From: Batkoa obscura
Taxonomy: Eukaryota
NCBI GenBank assembly: GCA_030770535.1
Contig: JASVEC010000020.1
Coordinates: 806,001 to 870,000 of the forward strand
Length of the DNA: 64,000 bases
Reading direction: 5' to 3'
The position numbers and the translations under genes are program-made. This document shows positions 13,201-26,700 of this stretch, piece by piece (the first letter of the stretch is position 1; each line of letters opens with the position of its first letter). The notes beneath the pieces were generated by a model, which saw nothing but the letters and a program-made list of their open reading frames with translations, made no database searches and was not told the DNA's origin.

Positions 13201-15492
13201 AACATAGCATTTGGTAAACTATCAATCGTTGTTCTCTTTTGAGTTGGTGATTCATTGTCATGGGTACAATCCATGAACAAAGAGTGAGTTACTTTACCCT
13301 CAATTGGTATAAGGTTGCATTCATATTCTTTACTTAAATTGAAAGATTTAAAAGAACCCTTCTTAGATCTCCAACTTTCATCTAAAGATCCAACCGGATT
13401 ACCACCATATCTATGTACAAGTCGACTCAATTCAAATGAATCACCAGCTTGCATAGCTTCACGTATCAAAGAATTCAGTCCTAGTTGGCATACATATTGT
13501 TTATCCATTTCTTCTGATCCAGTAAACAACTCAGCTACAATATAAAGATCTGGATTGGCTTGACGTGCAGCATCCAAAAGATATTCTGCTAAATGGATTG
13601 GGGTAGAATGACAGTTATCAATACGGAACCCATTGAATACTTGTGCCATTGTTATTGTGTATTGACGCATATGCTCCCACAACCATGGGTTGTCTTCTTT
13701 TGAGTTACCATATCTTAGCTTAGCACAATCTCCCCAGATAATCACATCTCTACGAAGATAAGCTTGGGATTGCGGGGATGCAAAGTCCACTTTAGGATCT
13801 GCTGCCCATACCCAACCATTGTTAGCAATAGCAAGTGCATGTTTGGAGTGCTTGGAAGTACGTTCATTTTGTGGTAAGCGTGTAAAATAAGTTTGTAGCA
13901 GAGGATGATGTTCATCGATCTGAGAGTATTGAGGCCCATTGGAAGCAAGTCTTTGAAATCTTAAATGATTTTCAATGTTTTGAATCATAGCAGCAGTGTC
14001 TTCATCAAAGGCAGTATAATAAGGGAGATTGATCATGTTTAACAAATCGTGGTAAACATTACTGGCTTCTTCTAAGTTGTCATAAACAGAACGATAGCCA
14101 AGGCGTACGCGCAAAATAGGGATGATTAATTCAGGTTTAAGATGTTTACCAAAACGTATCCCAGGTTGTTCTACCAAGGCGTGTTCTACCATTTTTAATC
14201 CTAAATCATAATTATTGAAGTTTCTAATATCTTCATTTGGAATACACGCTTCTACATTTTCATCAATTGTGCGTTCTTCAGCAATATTTTTTAATTCATC
14301 AATGGCTTTTTTAACATCAATTGCATAATATTCATATAATCTAAGATTAGGAATGACAGAATTACGAATAACTGAAACTACATCATTTAAATCAGCTTCA
14401 TTTTCAATACTACCTTTAAGGTTATAATGAGATTTTAACTGTGTAGATAACTCCAATAAAGCGGTATCTAATTCATAAGCTGGACGCAGATGAGGCGAGT
14501 TCTCTAAATTATAGCCAGCTTCTGGATGATCCCATAACCATTCAGAATCAAACGAAGTGTGATTCCATACCATATCAATTAAGCTCAATAATCCCTTTTC
14601 TTCACGCAAACCAGTAATGGTTTGCTTTAAAATATTTAACTTAACATCTTCGGTTGTCTTTGGAGGGAATAAATCATCTGAGAGGGCATTTTGATTAAAT
14701 AAAGAATAAGGAGAATTAGAACCTCCTCTCTTTTGTAAAGGTACAAAATGAATCAAATTATAACCAAGTTCAGAAGCGGCTTTAAAATGAGAATCCCACT
14801 TGGAAATAGGACCAAGCCACTTTGGCACAATAGATAATAAGTTAATACCGTCTAAGGGTAAATGGTTTCCATTAATATTTAATTTAGGATCAATGATAAA
14901 ATAGCCAAGCTTAGTTTTTATTAGCTCATTGAGTTCATTGTGATATGATATATAATATTGATAGATACCAGGCCTGGTTATTAATATATCACAGTGTGCA
15001 TTAGACTCAAAGCCTTTAATAAAACTAATAAAAATAAAAATAAGCATTTGTCATCATTACTGTATTAAAAATTAGTTACTTTAACTTATTAAAATTGGTT
15101 CTTTCAAAGTTATTGCTATTAAATATATGTTAAATAAGAATATTAATATTATTATTATTATTATTATTATGAGATTACCTAGCATCTGTTGGATAGTTAG
15201 TATTCAATTCACCGTTTAAAGAAGGTAAAGAGCCACTGGTTAAGACAATCCTTAGTCCATATGGTTTTATTGGAGCAGGTAAACGAATTAGTTTGTCATT
15301 GTCTTTAGCTTCTCCTTCTTTGTTTAATATTAACGTATAAACTGTGATCACCTCATCTCCCAATTGAATGCTTTCTTCCTTTTCTTTAGATACAGTCTGA
15401 GCGTTTGAATGCGTGTTATTTGTTTCTACCGTAGTTGGCATGGTTACTTTGTCTTTTGTTGAAATTGTTTTTTGTTTAGCGTTACCAATCAT
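10212..15492 (-). CDS. GDB1: Glycogen debranching enzyme (4-alpha-glucanotransferase / amylo-1,6-glucosidase), multi-exon
   Basis: GFRIDNCHSTP, AELFTG, CWGRDTFI, NCGTWMDKMGES, TPRDGAPVE, YHQGPEW and CPTQAWS motifs. Upstream exons at ~15179-15492 and ~15079-15115. The start codon is a best guess. Confidence 0.95.
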
Positions 15493-16169
15493 GGTCAAAA
15501 AGTGATAGCTCAATTTCAATTTTTTTAAAATTAAACCTATAAATAATACTGTCAAATTCAGGAATATACTGATTATCTCCATCTAATATTTTTCTATTTA
15601 CCCGTACTTAAACATGCTTTGGTTGGGTATTTATCCCTTTTTTTAAAAAGATAAGGATTTATCTCGTAATTGATACGCCAAAAAAGTTAACTTTTTCAAG
15701 TAAGGGTGAGGTCATCATGGGAATTTAAAGGCATGGGAAAATACTTAAGGGAGTAAAGTTAGATTAGGATAATTAAAAAGCAAGCCAATAAAAATCGGAG
15801 ATTCAAATTAAAGTACTAATTATTCAACTTAAACTTTTTAAGTTCGGGAAAATGAGGATTTTAATTAGCCCTATTTTATTTGTGCGATTTGTTCAAATTT
15901 TAGCGAAAGTTGAGCAGATTACTTATCTAAAAAATAAGAGTAATGATTTGATTATTTTAAATAACGGTTAATAATACATTTGGATAAAAGTGAGATTAAT
16001 TATTGTTTCCGCTGTTAAAGGTTCAATCTTTCTAAGTTTTTATAGTAAAAATGCATATATTATAATTGAAATCCAGTTATAACTTTATTTATTGTAATTC
16101 TTTTAATGTTTATTATTTTAGTTTTGATATTAAAAGCTATAAAATGTTTTCAAAGTTTTTTTAATAAAT

Positions 16170-16268
16170 GGGAGTGTTTCTTTTGACTTCATTATTTTTT
16201 CCATTTTTTAAGCGCTATTTGAGCGGAAAATTTGTTAGTAAAACTCTTAAATACAAAAATACATCCCC
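16170..16268. mobile_element. ~98-bp MITE (Sola-like family)
   Basis: GGGAGTG...CATCCCC termini, AAAT TSD. Confidence 0.9.
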
Positions 16269-17650
16269 AAATTATAGTTGACTAAAAATAATACATGGGG
16301 TTGTCTAAATTAGTTTCATTATTTTATCCAATTTTTGAAAAATTTTGTATTTTAAAAACTTCGCTTAAAATTCTATAAAATCATCTTTTATTAAAACAAA
16401 AGTACCCAGACACAGTTCTAAATCATTATATTATAGCTCATACTGTAAGTTAAGTTAATTGAATTTCTATTAGATCTTAAATACATATTCTTGTAAAGAT
16501 TAATTGGGGAATACTTATTATCAACTGCTTTATAACCAACATACATTGCAGATTTGTTATCAAATAAATGAACTGTTTTAATGTTATAACTACATTAGTA
16601 ATATATTGCCAAGTTAATAAATAGCTGCATGGGAGGGAGTGGTTAGCCTCAGAACTATAATTAACTATCTCTATATAGTACAAGTAATAATAGTATTTAC
16701 ATATTATTACAGTTACTTGTTCTTTGACTATTTATTAACTTAGCTACTAATAACTTAAGTAATCAATCTTACATTTAACAATCTATTTCTATCATTCAAC
16801 AAACTACTTACTTGTTTAGTAAATATCGAAATTTTTAAATTCTCTGTTATCTTCGTAAGGTAAGCTGGGATCGATCTTTTAATTTTTCTATTTTCTATAG
16901 ACTTTATAACTCTAATTGTAGCTATATCGCTCTTTTTGATGTATCAGATACTGGATAATAATGTAGTTTATTGTTATGTTTAATAAAGTGCAAACACTTC
17001 TCAATACCTTGCATCTCTATTATTCTTTTTGTATTTCTGTTTCTTTTGTACTTTTTAAAAATTATATCTGTTTTCCCATTATTAACAGTCAAGTTATTAA
17101 TTTTATTATGCTCGCAATTAAAAGCTCTGTAGAGATCAAATTGATTAAACAATCTCCTGCATATGCTGAACCATGATTCAATATTTCAGATAAATAATCA
17201 AAGTAAACTTTGCCTATTGTTTTATCATCTTTTAAATATAATACACCAAAATCTAATACTGATATAGCCTGTTTATTATAATGATCTAGATTTATTGAAT
17301 CTGGCCTTGTTCCTATTTCCATATTTTGTTTAAAATCTAAAATTATTATACAACTTTTGTTATTTAATTTTTTAATAGTTTCATTAAATGTGTTTTTTTG
17401 AGTATCAATACAGAATTTATATAATTTGTATAGTTTTTCTTCTTCACTGAAAATTTCTTCTATCTCTGCTTTGTTTTTTGCTGTATTTATTTTGTTTTCA
17501 AATAACTTTTTTCTAACTGTATACTGGGTAACATATATTACATAGATCCGTTTTTCTTGCTGGATTTTTGAAATTACTTGGTATATGTTTAAAAAGTGTT
17601 GACCTCTAGGTACTGCTTTGTCTTTTGGATCATTCAAATAATTACTATAT

Positions 17651-17748
17651 GGGGATGTTTTTTTGTGTTTAAGAATTTTACTAACAACCTTTCTACTCAA
17701 ATAGCGCTTAAAAAATGGAAAAATAATGAAGCCAAAAAAAACATCACC
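17651..17748. mobile_element. MITE nested in copy B transposase (in frame)
   Basis: ATAT TSD. The empty site is present in copy A (TTTACTATATATC). Confidence 0.9.
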
Positions 17749-18139
17749 ATATATCATTCTTCTACTTTTATTTAATATATATATATTACCTGATGAATAT
17801 TTACTATCATTGTTTTTTTATTAAACCTTGATGAAATAGTTGAATCATTTAGTAAATATTGTATGATAGTTTCAATTTGCTCATCTTTAATTTTTTTTGT
17901 ATTTTTAATAATAGGTTTTAATGTTGATATTTTATTATTATTACTTGTTTTTGAATAATCATATTGATTTCTATTTATATTAAACCCAAAACTCTTACAT
18001 TCATCAAAAGAATATACTGAAGCTATAGTTAATAATAACGCTACTTGCTGATTTTTATTTCCTGTTTCCCTTAAAGCACTAATTTTATACATTACTTGAT
18101 TAAGTTTATTATTATCGATAGTAAACTTTGATAATATAT

Positions 18140-18236
18140 GGGGCTGTTTTTTTTAGTTTCATTATTCTTCCATTTTTTAAGCGCTATTTGAGTGGAAAGA
18201 TTGTAGTAAAATTCTTAAATACAAAAATACATCCCC
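18140..18236. mobile_element. MITE nested in copy B transposase 5' region
   Basis: GGGG...CCCC termini, ATAT TSD, empty site in copy A. Confidence 0.9.
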
Positions 18237-18470
18237 ATATCTTTTCTTTGTTTTGTTTTGTTATAAAATTCCATAAACCTTAGGTTGTTATAAGTAGCTC
18301 TTAAAATTGATGTAAATAAATTACAATGTTTATATTGTGTACTCCTCCCTATTGTATTAAAATTTTCAAAAATTCCATTTGGAAGTTTAGTTATGAAAGT
18401 TTGCATTTTATTTTTATTTCAACAAAAAATAAAGTCAAATAATGTGTATTTATATAATACATAATCATAT

Positions 18471-18569
18471 AGAGTTGTATTTTTGTATTTAAGAGTTTTA
18501 CTAATAACTTTCCCACTTAAATAGTGCTTAAAAAATGGAAAAAATAATGAAGTTAAAAAAAACACTCCC
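18471..18569. mobile_element. MITE nested in copy B 5' UTR
   Basis: Family sequence flanked by ATAT. One terminus is degenerate (AGAGTTGT). Confidence 0.85.
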
Positions 18570-19294
18570 ATATAGTTAGGAAAATTAGCTATTTAAGAAA
18601 AGAAAACAATTAAAATAAGTTTTAAATAAATAAATTTGACTTTAAGTCTTTTAGATTTAACCGTCATACTAGACACAACTTAAAAATTTAAGATTTGGAT
18701 TAACTTCTAAGTAAATTCTGAAACCAATTCGGACAACCCCATATAGTAGATTTTAAATGGTAAATAAAAGTACATTTATGTATATTATATTTTTACTTAT
18801 AAAGATTATATAAGGAACTTTTTAAATATAGGAAGGAGTATTAAATATTAGATTCTTAAAAGCACCAAAATTTTAAGAAATATCAATTTCTTATGCGTAA
18901 AATTCTTGTTAACAGGAAAACTCGAATCTATCTTACAACTCATGTTTTTTAGCTATTAAGTTGATAAAGAACTATTTAATATCAATAATTTGTTTGTTTA
19001 CTACTTATATACACAATAAATATTAATTTATTGTAACATTTTTAATAAAAATAAATTGTAATATTGCTCTACAAAGTCAAGCTTTTAACAATACCTTAGC
19101 TTTTGTCTTTATTTCCCATTTTTTGATATCTTTTTATGTCTTTTTCAAAAACAATCATAAAAACTCTACTAAAGACACTTTTCTGTACTAACTAATATAG
19201 TGATTTGGATGTCCTTTTGATGCATTATAAATTCTATAACAAAATCCTAGCATCATTCAATATTTACTTATGATTCTGTTTATTTATAATATAT

Positions 19295-19396
19295 GGGGAT
19301 GTATTTTTGCGTTTAAGAATTTTATTAACAAATTTTCCGCTTAGATATAGCGCTTGAAAAATGGAAAAATAATGAAGTCGAAAAAAACACTCCCCC
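19295..19396. mobile_element. MITE
   Basis: GGGGATGT...CACTCCCCC, ATAT TSD. Confidence 0.9.
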
Positions 19397-19400
19397 ATAT

Positions 19401-19507
19401 ATTGTATTTTTTGGCTTCACTTTTTCGATCTTTTGAAGCGTTATTTAAAAGCGAAAAATTTGTTAGTAAAATTCTTAAATACGAAAATATATTCACAACC
19501 AACCCCC
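19401..19507. mobile_element. Degenerate MITE adjacent to the previous copy
   Basis: Family core (GGCTTCAC...GTTAGTAAAATTCTTAAA) with decayed ends. Confidence 0.7.
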
Positions 19508-19681
19508 ATATATATTGGTTTTTTTCCAAGCAAAATCTATTTTTTGAAAGAATATGTATAAATATAACGGGGCTTACATTAAATATTTTTGAACTTTCTA
19601 AAACTTCGCTTTTTTTGATATACAAACTCTAACTTTACTTTTTTTGTTTTTAAATGATACTTTATCTCTTAAATAAGATAT

Positions 19682-19780
19682 GAGAATGTTCCTTTCGATT
19701 TCATCACTTTTTCCATTTTTTAAGCGCTATCCTATTTGAGCGGAAAGATAGTAAAATTTTTGAACAAAAAACACATCCCC
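19682..19780. mobile_element. MITE
   Basis: GAGAATGT...CATCCCC with the family core. Confidence 0.8.
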
Positions 19781-20054
19781 AAGTTTTAGATTTTAGCAGT
19801 AATTAAAAATATATGAAATAGGGTGATTGTATTTAATATTCTAAGTAAAATTCTCTATTTTTGATTTACAAATATACCCTTTAAATCAGAGAAAATCTTT
19901 ATCTTACAAGAAAATAATATTGTTATGCTGATATTTATATTAAATTTAAATCTTATTAAACATATGTATGTAATAAGCTTTTGAGGATTGTTCAGAAGCC
20001 TAATCCTGCAGCAGGAGCAAAGCTAAAAATAGGTATTAATTTTTTTAATCATTT

Positions 20055-20153
20055 GGGGATGTGTTTTTTGTGCTTAAGAATTTTACTAACAATTTTCCGC
20101 TCAAGTAGGGCTTAAAAAATGGAAAAAGTAATGAAGCCAAAAAAAACATCCCC
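20055..20153. mobile_element. MITE
   Basis: GGGGATG...CATCCCC, ATTT TSD. Confidence 0.9.
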
Positions 20154-20331
20154 ATTTATTAATAGCATTTTTTAATTTATAATGATTCAAAACTAAATTT
20201 TATAATCTTTTATAAATGATATGATTTTCAAAATTAAATAATAGTCGAGTTTGCATTCCTATAACCTCTGAGTCGTACTCTATTAGCAAATGATTAGAAA
20301 TAATAATCTTATAGCATAGGGTCAAAAATAC

Positions 20332-20404
20332 TGATCCCGCCAGGGATCGAACCTGGAATCTTCTGTTCCGTAGACAGACGCCTTATCCATTGGGCCACGG
20401 GACC
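20332..20404 (-). tRNA. tRNA-Arg (anticodon ACG)
   Basis: Minus strand reads GGTCCCGTGGCCCAATGGATAAGGCGTCTGTCTACGGAACAGAAGATTCCAGGTTCGATCCCTGGCGGGATCA. Cloverleaf, T-loop GTTCGA, and a TTTTT terminator just downstream. Confidence 0.95.
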
Positions 20405-20492
20405 ACTTTAAATTTCTAGTTCAAAAAATATATATATATCACCAAAATTGAACTACTTTACAAATGTTGTCATTTGAGAACATTTAAAATAT

Positions 20493-20717
20493 GGAGGATG
20501 TTTCAATTAGTTTCGTTTTTTATTCAATTTTTAAATATTTTGTATTTTTAAACGAAATTTTAAAATTCTATAAAAACAGATCTTTTTATCAAAACAAAAG
20601 CACCCAAACACAGTTCTAAATTATTCTGTTATAGTTTGTATTCTAAGTTGGCTGAATTCCTACTAGATCTAATAAAAAATCCCAGATCAACAAGGCTTTT
20701 ACTAATATAATATATAT
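20493..20717 (-). mobile_element. Terminal remnant of an older related Sola-like element, into which copy C inserted
   Basis: ATAT-GGAGGATGTTTCAATTAGTTTC terminus. Matches the 3' subterminal region of copies A/D. The sequence resumes (ATATGTT-AATA) after copy C, as in the uninterrupted version near 27175. Confidence 0.7.
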
Positions 20718-21205
20718 GGGGTTGTCCTAATTGGTTTCAGAGCCTATTTAGAAATTAATCCAAATTTAAAATTTAAAATTTAAAGTTTGTGTCCAATATG
20801 ACGGTTAAATCTAAAAAGCCTAAAGTTAAATCTCTCTATTTAAAACTTATTTTTAATTGTTTCCTTTTCTTAAATAGCTAATTTTCCTAACTATATATTT
20901 TATGTTAGTTCTGTTAGATATTTAACAGATATATAATATATAGCTATATGATTATATAATTATATAAATACATAATTATATAAATACAGTTATTTGACTT
21001 TATTTGACTTTATTTTTTGTTGAAATAAAAATAAAATGCAAACTTTCATAGTTAAACTTCGAAATGGAATTTTTGAAAATTTTAATACAATAGGGAGGAG
21101 CACACAATATAAACATTGTAATTCATTTACATCAATTTTAAGAGCTACTTATAACAACCTAAGGTTTATGGAATTTTATAACAAAACAAAACAAAGAAAA
21201 GATAT

Positions 21206-21302
21206 GGGGATGTATTTTTGTATTTAAGAATTTTACTACAATCTTTCCACTCAAATAGCGCTTAAAAAATGGAAGAATAATGAAACTAAAAAAAACAGCC
21301 CC
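21206..21302. mobile_element. MITE nested in copy C
   Basis: ATAT TSD. Same insertion as 18140-18236. Confidence 0.9.
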
Positions 21303-21693
21303 ATATATTATCAAAGTTTACTATCGATAATAATAAACTTAATCAAGTAATGTATAAAATTAGTGCTTTAAGGGAAACAGGAAATAAAAATCAGCAAGTA
21401 GCGTTATTATTAACTATAGCTTCAGTATATTCTTTTGATGAATGTAAGAGTTTTGGGTTTAATATAAATAGAAATCAATATGATTATTCAAAAATAAGTA
21501 ATAATAATAAAATATCAACATTAAAACCTATTATTAAAAATACAAAAAAAATTAAAGATGAGCAAATTGAAACTATCATACAATATTTACTAAATGATTC
21601 AACTATTTCATCAAGGTTTAATAAAAAAACAATGATAGTAAATATTCATCAGGTAATATATATATATTAAATAAAAGTAGAAGAATGATATAT

Positions 21694-21792
21694 GGTGATG
21701 TTTTTTTTGGCTTCATTATTTTTCCATTTTTTAAGCGCTATTTGAGTAGAAAGGTTGTTAGTAAAATTCTTAAACACAAAAAAAACATCCCC
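21694..21792. mobile_element. MITE nested in copy C
   Basis: ATAT TSD. Same insertion as 17651-17748. Confidence 0.9.
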
Positions 21793-23640
21793 ATATAGTA
21801 ATTATTTGAATGATCCAAAAGACAAAGCAGTACCTAGAGGTCAACACTTTTTAAACATATACCAAGTAATTTCAAAAATCCAGCAAGAAAAACGGATCTA
21901 TGTAATATATGTTACCCAGTATACAGTTAGAAAAAAGTTATTTGAAAACAAAATAAATACAGCAAAAAACAAAGCAGAGATAGAAGAAATTTTCAGTGAA
22001 GAAGAAAAACTATACAAATTATATAAATTCTGTATTGATACTCAAAAAAACACATTTAATGAAACTATTAAAAAATTAAATAACAAAAGTTGTATAATAA
22101 TTTTAGATTTTAAACAAAATATGGAAATAGGAACAAGGCCAGATTCAATAAATCTAGATCATTATAATAAACAGGCTATATCAGTATTAGATTTTGGTGT
22201 ATTATATTTAAAAGATGATAAAACAATAGGCAAAGTTTACTTTGATTATTTATCTGAAATATTGAATCATGGTTCAGCATATGCAGGAGATTGTTTAATC
22301 AATTTGATCTCTACAGAGCTTTTAATTGCGAGCATAATAAAATTAATAACTTGACTGTTAATAATGGGAAAACAGATATAATTTTTAAAAAGTACAAAAG
22401 AAACAGAAATACAAAAAGAATAATAGAGATGCAAGGTATTGAGAAGTGTTTGCACTTTATTAAACATAACAATAAACTACATTATTATCCAGTATCTGAT
22501 ACATCAAAAAGAGCGATATAGCTACAATTAGAGTTATAGAGTCTATAGAAAATAGAAAAATTAAAAGATCGATCCCAGCTTACCTCATAAAAATAACAGA
22601 GAATTTAAAAATTTCGATATTTACTAAACAAGTAGCTTATCAAGTAATATAAATTAATCATTAAATGTTAATATTACTTAAGTTATTAGTAGCTAAGTTA
22701 ATAAATAGTCAAAGAACAAGTAACTGTAATAATATGTAAATACTATTATTACTTGTACTATATAGAGATGGTTAATTATAGTTCTGAGGCTAACCACTCC
22801 CTCCCATGCAGCTATTTATTAACTTGGCAATATATTACTAATGTAGTTATAACATTAAAACAGTTCGTTTATTTGATAACAAATCTGCAATGTATGTTGG
22901 TTATAAAGCAGTTGATAATAAGTATTCCCCAATTAATCTTTACAAAAATATGTATTTAAGATCTAATAGAAATTCAATTAACTTAACTTACAGTATGAGC
23001 TATAATATAATGATTTAGAACTGTGTCTGGGTACTTTTGTTTTAATAAAAGATGATTTTATAGAATTTTAAGCGAAGTTTTTAAAATACAAAATTTTTCA
23101 AAAATTGGATAAAATAATGAAACTAATTCAGACAACTCCATATGTTAATACTCCTCCAATTTTGAAACAATAAATAAAACTTTCTAAACTTATTTTGGTT
23201 GTTTGAATAAAACCACATAGCACTGGCTAATAGCCAATAACACATTAAGTATTCCTATCTCATTCAAATAAACTCCTTTGTCTTTACCAAAATACAAAGC
23301 ATCTAGCTTTTAGTTTTAAAAATGTTGTTAGTCACTATCAAAATTTAGACAATAGAGTAAGTTTTATTGATTCTATTATATAAATACAATCATAACAAAA
23401 GATAAACCTAGTTTTATATTTAACAATGGCACTCTAAATCAACTTAAATCAGCAATTATATACCTACTAACTATATCATTAGGATCCTCAAAAATATCCA
23501 AGTGATTTATATCTAGTTTGAATAAAGTGCTTATTTATTAATACTTGATAAAGTTGATTGATACCACTTTTTTTAATTATAGTTCTAGAAAACTTCTGTT
23601 TTCTTTTTTAACTTGAATTCTTTTTATAAAACAAGCAGAT

Positions 23641-23739
23641 GGGGGAATATATTTTGTCTCTAGAAGGATTTTACTAATAAATTTTTCGCTCAAATAGTGC
23701 TCAAAAATGAAAAAGTAATGGAGTAAAAAAGATTCCGCC
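23641..23739. mobile_element. Diverged MITE
   Basis: GGGGG...CCGCC termini, AGAT TSD, family core. Confidence 0.75.
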
Positions 23740-26700
23740 AGATATTAAATTATTTTATAATTCAATGTTTTTTCTTCCAAGGCCTAGACTACTAATGTTT
23801 TTAAGTTTTTAAGATATGAAGTTTTTAAAATTAATAAGTTCTACCAAAAATTTATCAAAAACTTTCATAACATTGTGCTTCTCTATTATTTAAACTACTT
23901 AAAGAAAATTAAATCTATAATAGACAAAACACCAAAAAAGCATTTGAAAAATTTTAAAATAAATTTACCAAAATAGCTTTTGTATTGCTCTATTTTCCAA
24001 TTTTAATAAACTATTTTTGATATATATAGATCCGGGTAGTTTAATTACTACAAATAAAATTTAACTAAAAAATAATTCTAAACATTCTTATTACTTATAT
24101 ATAACTTTATTAAAATACAAAAATAATTATATTAGACTACTGCTAAAATGTCTAGACACTCTGTATGTGTAAAACTTATTTTGTAGTAATTATATTGTAT
24201 GTATTTCCTTGGGATAGTTATACTTTATAATTATTCTAAAAAAATTATCCAGATAAATAAAAATATAGTATAAGCCTTAAAGTTAACAAAGTTAACAAAA
24301 TCATACAGTTTCGATATTTATAAACCTAATGAAAACTACTAAAAATGCTCTAATATGTCCTAAATAGTAGAGTATCTAAAATTGATCTAACTGGGTCCTA
24401 TTAACAACAAGTATTATAACTTTTTAGACAATAGAGATAAGTAGACGACTGTGTATCATAACATGAGTTATTTTGATAGCTTGCTAAATATGATGGATAG
24501 GGCCTATTGTCCAAGATAAGATAATGTGCTTTTTATAAATATATTAAAAGCAGTTGCAATTTTGTATATTAAATTTTTATTGAAATTATCCAATATGTTA
24601 AAGAATTAAAATTATCTGCAAATATTCTACTTCTTTAAAAACTTACAATATTACAAAACATATTGTTAATGTTAATGATACCTAGTCTAAATTTTTTTTA
24701 AAATTGCAAAGTAATACCGACGGAGCTAGAATAAAATAAAATAGAATAATGATACATAATTTTATCTTGTTAAATATACTTTTTACACTATGTATAAATA
24801 ATAGAGACCTTATACATTTTAAACGACTTTTCTCGCTCAAAAGAAATATATTACTATAGCTATTAATTATTTTATAAATGATTAAAGCAGAGTTGTTCTA
24901 AACTAAGGTAAACTTTTATATGTTCTGTAAATATAAATGTTTCTGAGTAGTACCAATAAATAATGTCTACTAATTTTACTAATTTAAAACTCAATGGTTT
25001 TGAAACTAGTTAGGTTAATTTTTATTAGATAATCCATTTCTACTCTTTTTATTATTCCAGAAGCAACAGCAGGTTGAAAGAAAGAGTAAAAAATGGTATT
25101 TAAAATTTTGAGAATATGTATAAAAAATAATACAACCCTTTTAAAGATAAATTTATTCGTCTAGCATTTAGCTTATAGATAGATACTCAGTTTACGTAAT
25201 ATTACTAAAAACTCCTTATGTTGGATAGTAGAAACATGAAACATCCCGGTTTATCCATTTCTTTTGCGCCATTGATTATAAAACAAACCAAATTAAACTA
25301 TCATATTTATTTAGTCAAACTAACTAAAAATGGTTGGTAACTTATACTAAGCTAACATTTTAAAGTTTTGGCAAAATTAAAGTAAAGTTAAAAGAAATAT
25401 CGATAGGATTATTATAGAACTACTTGGCTTAGAAAATTTTGAAATAGGCGATTAATTTATTTTTTCAATTAAAAATTAGGAAAAACGAATTAACTTTAAT
25501 ACAGATAGGAACTGTTGTATAAGATGATAGACAGGCCACCTTTATTACAATTGTTTTATCAAATATAAAGATGCTGGCGCTATATATAACTAAGTCTGTG
25601 TAAAGTTATAAAATCAACACACTCTGATCCAATATGTATAATTTATAACCAAACTATATAGAATTACATTGTAATTATTAATAAGACCAGGCTTATATGG
25701 TAAAAATAAAATGAGATAATAAATTAAATTAAAAAAGACAGTAATAAGATGTAGGGATTTGATTTGAAAGGTATATTTTGAATAATAAAAGAAATAATTT
25801 TTATACAACTTTCACATATTCAAACAGTTATGTCTGATATCATCTATACAAAGCTTTTTATGCTTCTTTATGCTTCTTTATTATTATTTTGTGCATATTC
25901 ACTAAACATAAATTTATTATTGGTATGGATATAGCAGCTATTTTTTCTTCTAGTTAGTTGGAAAGATACTAAAATTAAAAGCTTTTTTGTTATAAAGTGG
26001 CTTAATGCTTAGTAATATTATTTATAACAAAATCTTATTTAGATGGATAAAATTTACTTATTTTAATTTTTTGTATAATTTTTCGGTAAATAAATAACAA
26101 ATTCATTTATTTGAATCGAATCATAGAAAAGAAGCATAAGGTAACCCAACCCATTAGTGATATAATTATGATAAAAGTTATAAATATTATGTTTTTTTAT
26201 ATACAGCGTTCCACTCCAGGTGCAAAGTATAAATATTATGTTCTGTATTAAATAAGCTATAGTTATTTATTCTGTCAAAGTCTATTGATATTAATTTTTA
26301 ATCCCAGAACACCCCTTTGAATAGTTAAATTATTTGGCATTTATATTTTACATCGTTTACTTTTTTGCAAGTTTAGAACAATTATCTCGTTTTGAGTATT
26401 TGTATCTCTAGGATCCAAATTGCTTTAAATTGTATTATGCTTTATTTTAAATTTATATTATGGAAAGTGGCTATTAAATAAACATTTATATATCGTTTAG
26501 TCTATTACTTTTATAAATACGATATTATTATATGTCTAGTTTTAAAACTTTCGGTACTTCACTAATGTTAATTTGATAAAACTACAAATCCTCTCAATAT
26601 TGGCTTTCTAAAATTTGATTTTAAAGTTATGTCATATCTATTACTTTTTCTGTCTGGCTATTATTGTGAATTTAAATTTTGAGATTAGTTTTGGTATGGA

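Larger units (their letters stand above)
16297..18740 (-). mobile_element. Sola-like transposon copy B (catalytic-core deletion, 3 nested MITEs)
   Basis: Both TIRs present (GGGGTTGTC... / ...GACAACCCC). Flanks ACAT/ATAT. Homologous to copy A. Confidence 0.9.
20718..23139 (+). mobile_element. Sola-like transposon copy C (catalytic-core deletion, 2 nested MITEs)
   Basis: Both TIRs, perfect ATAT TSD (20714-20717, 23140-23143). Near-identical inverted partner of copy B. Confidence 0.92.

Noticed and set aside
19341..19632. Overlapping ORFs of 92-94 aa
   Set aside because: Derived largely from adjacent MITE copies.
21206..21302. MITE as an introner (GTATTT donor, ACTAA branch-like motif and CAG near its ends)
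   Set aside because: Splicing at these sites leaves 14 nt (or 22 nt with the second donor) including the TSD, so frame is not restored. Many copies lack the CAG, and no host intron in the window matches the MITE.
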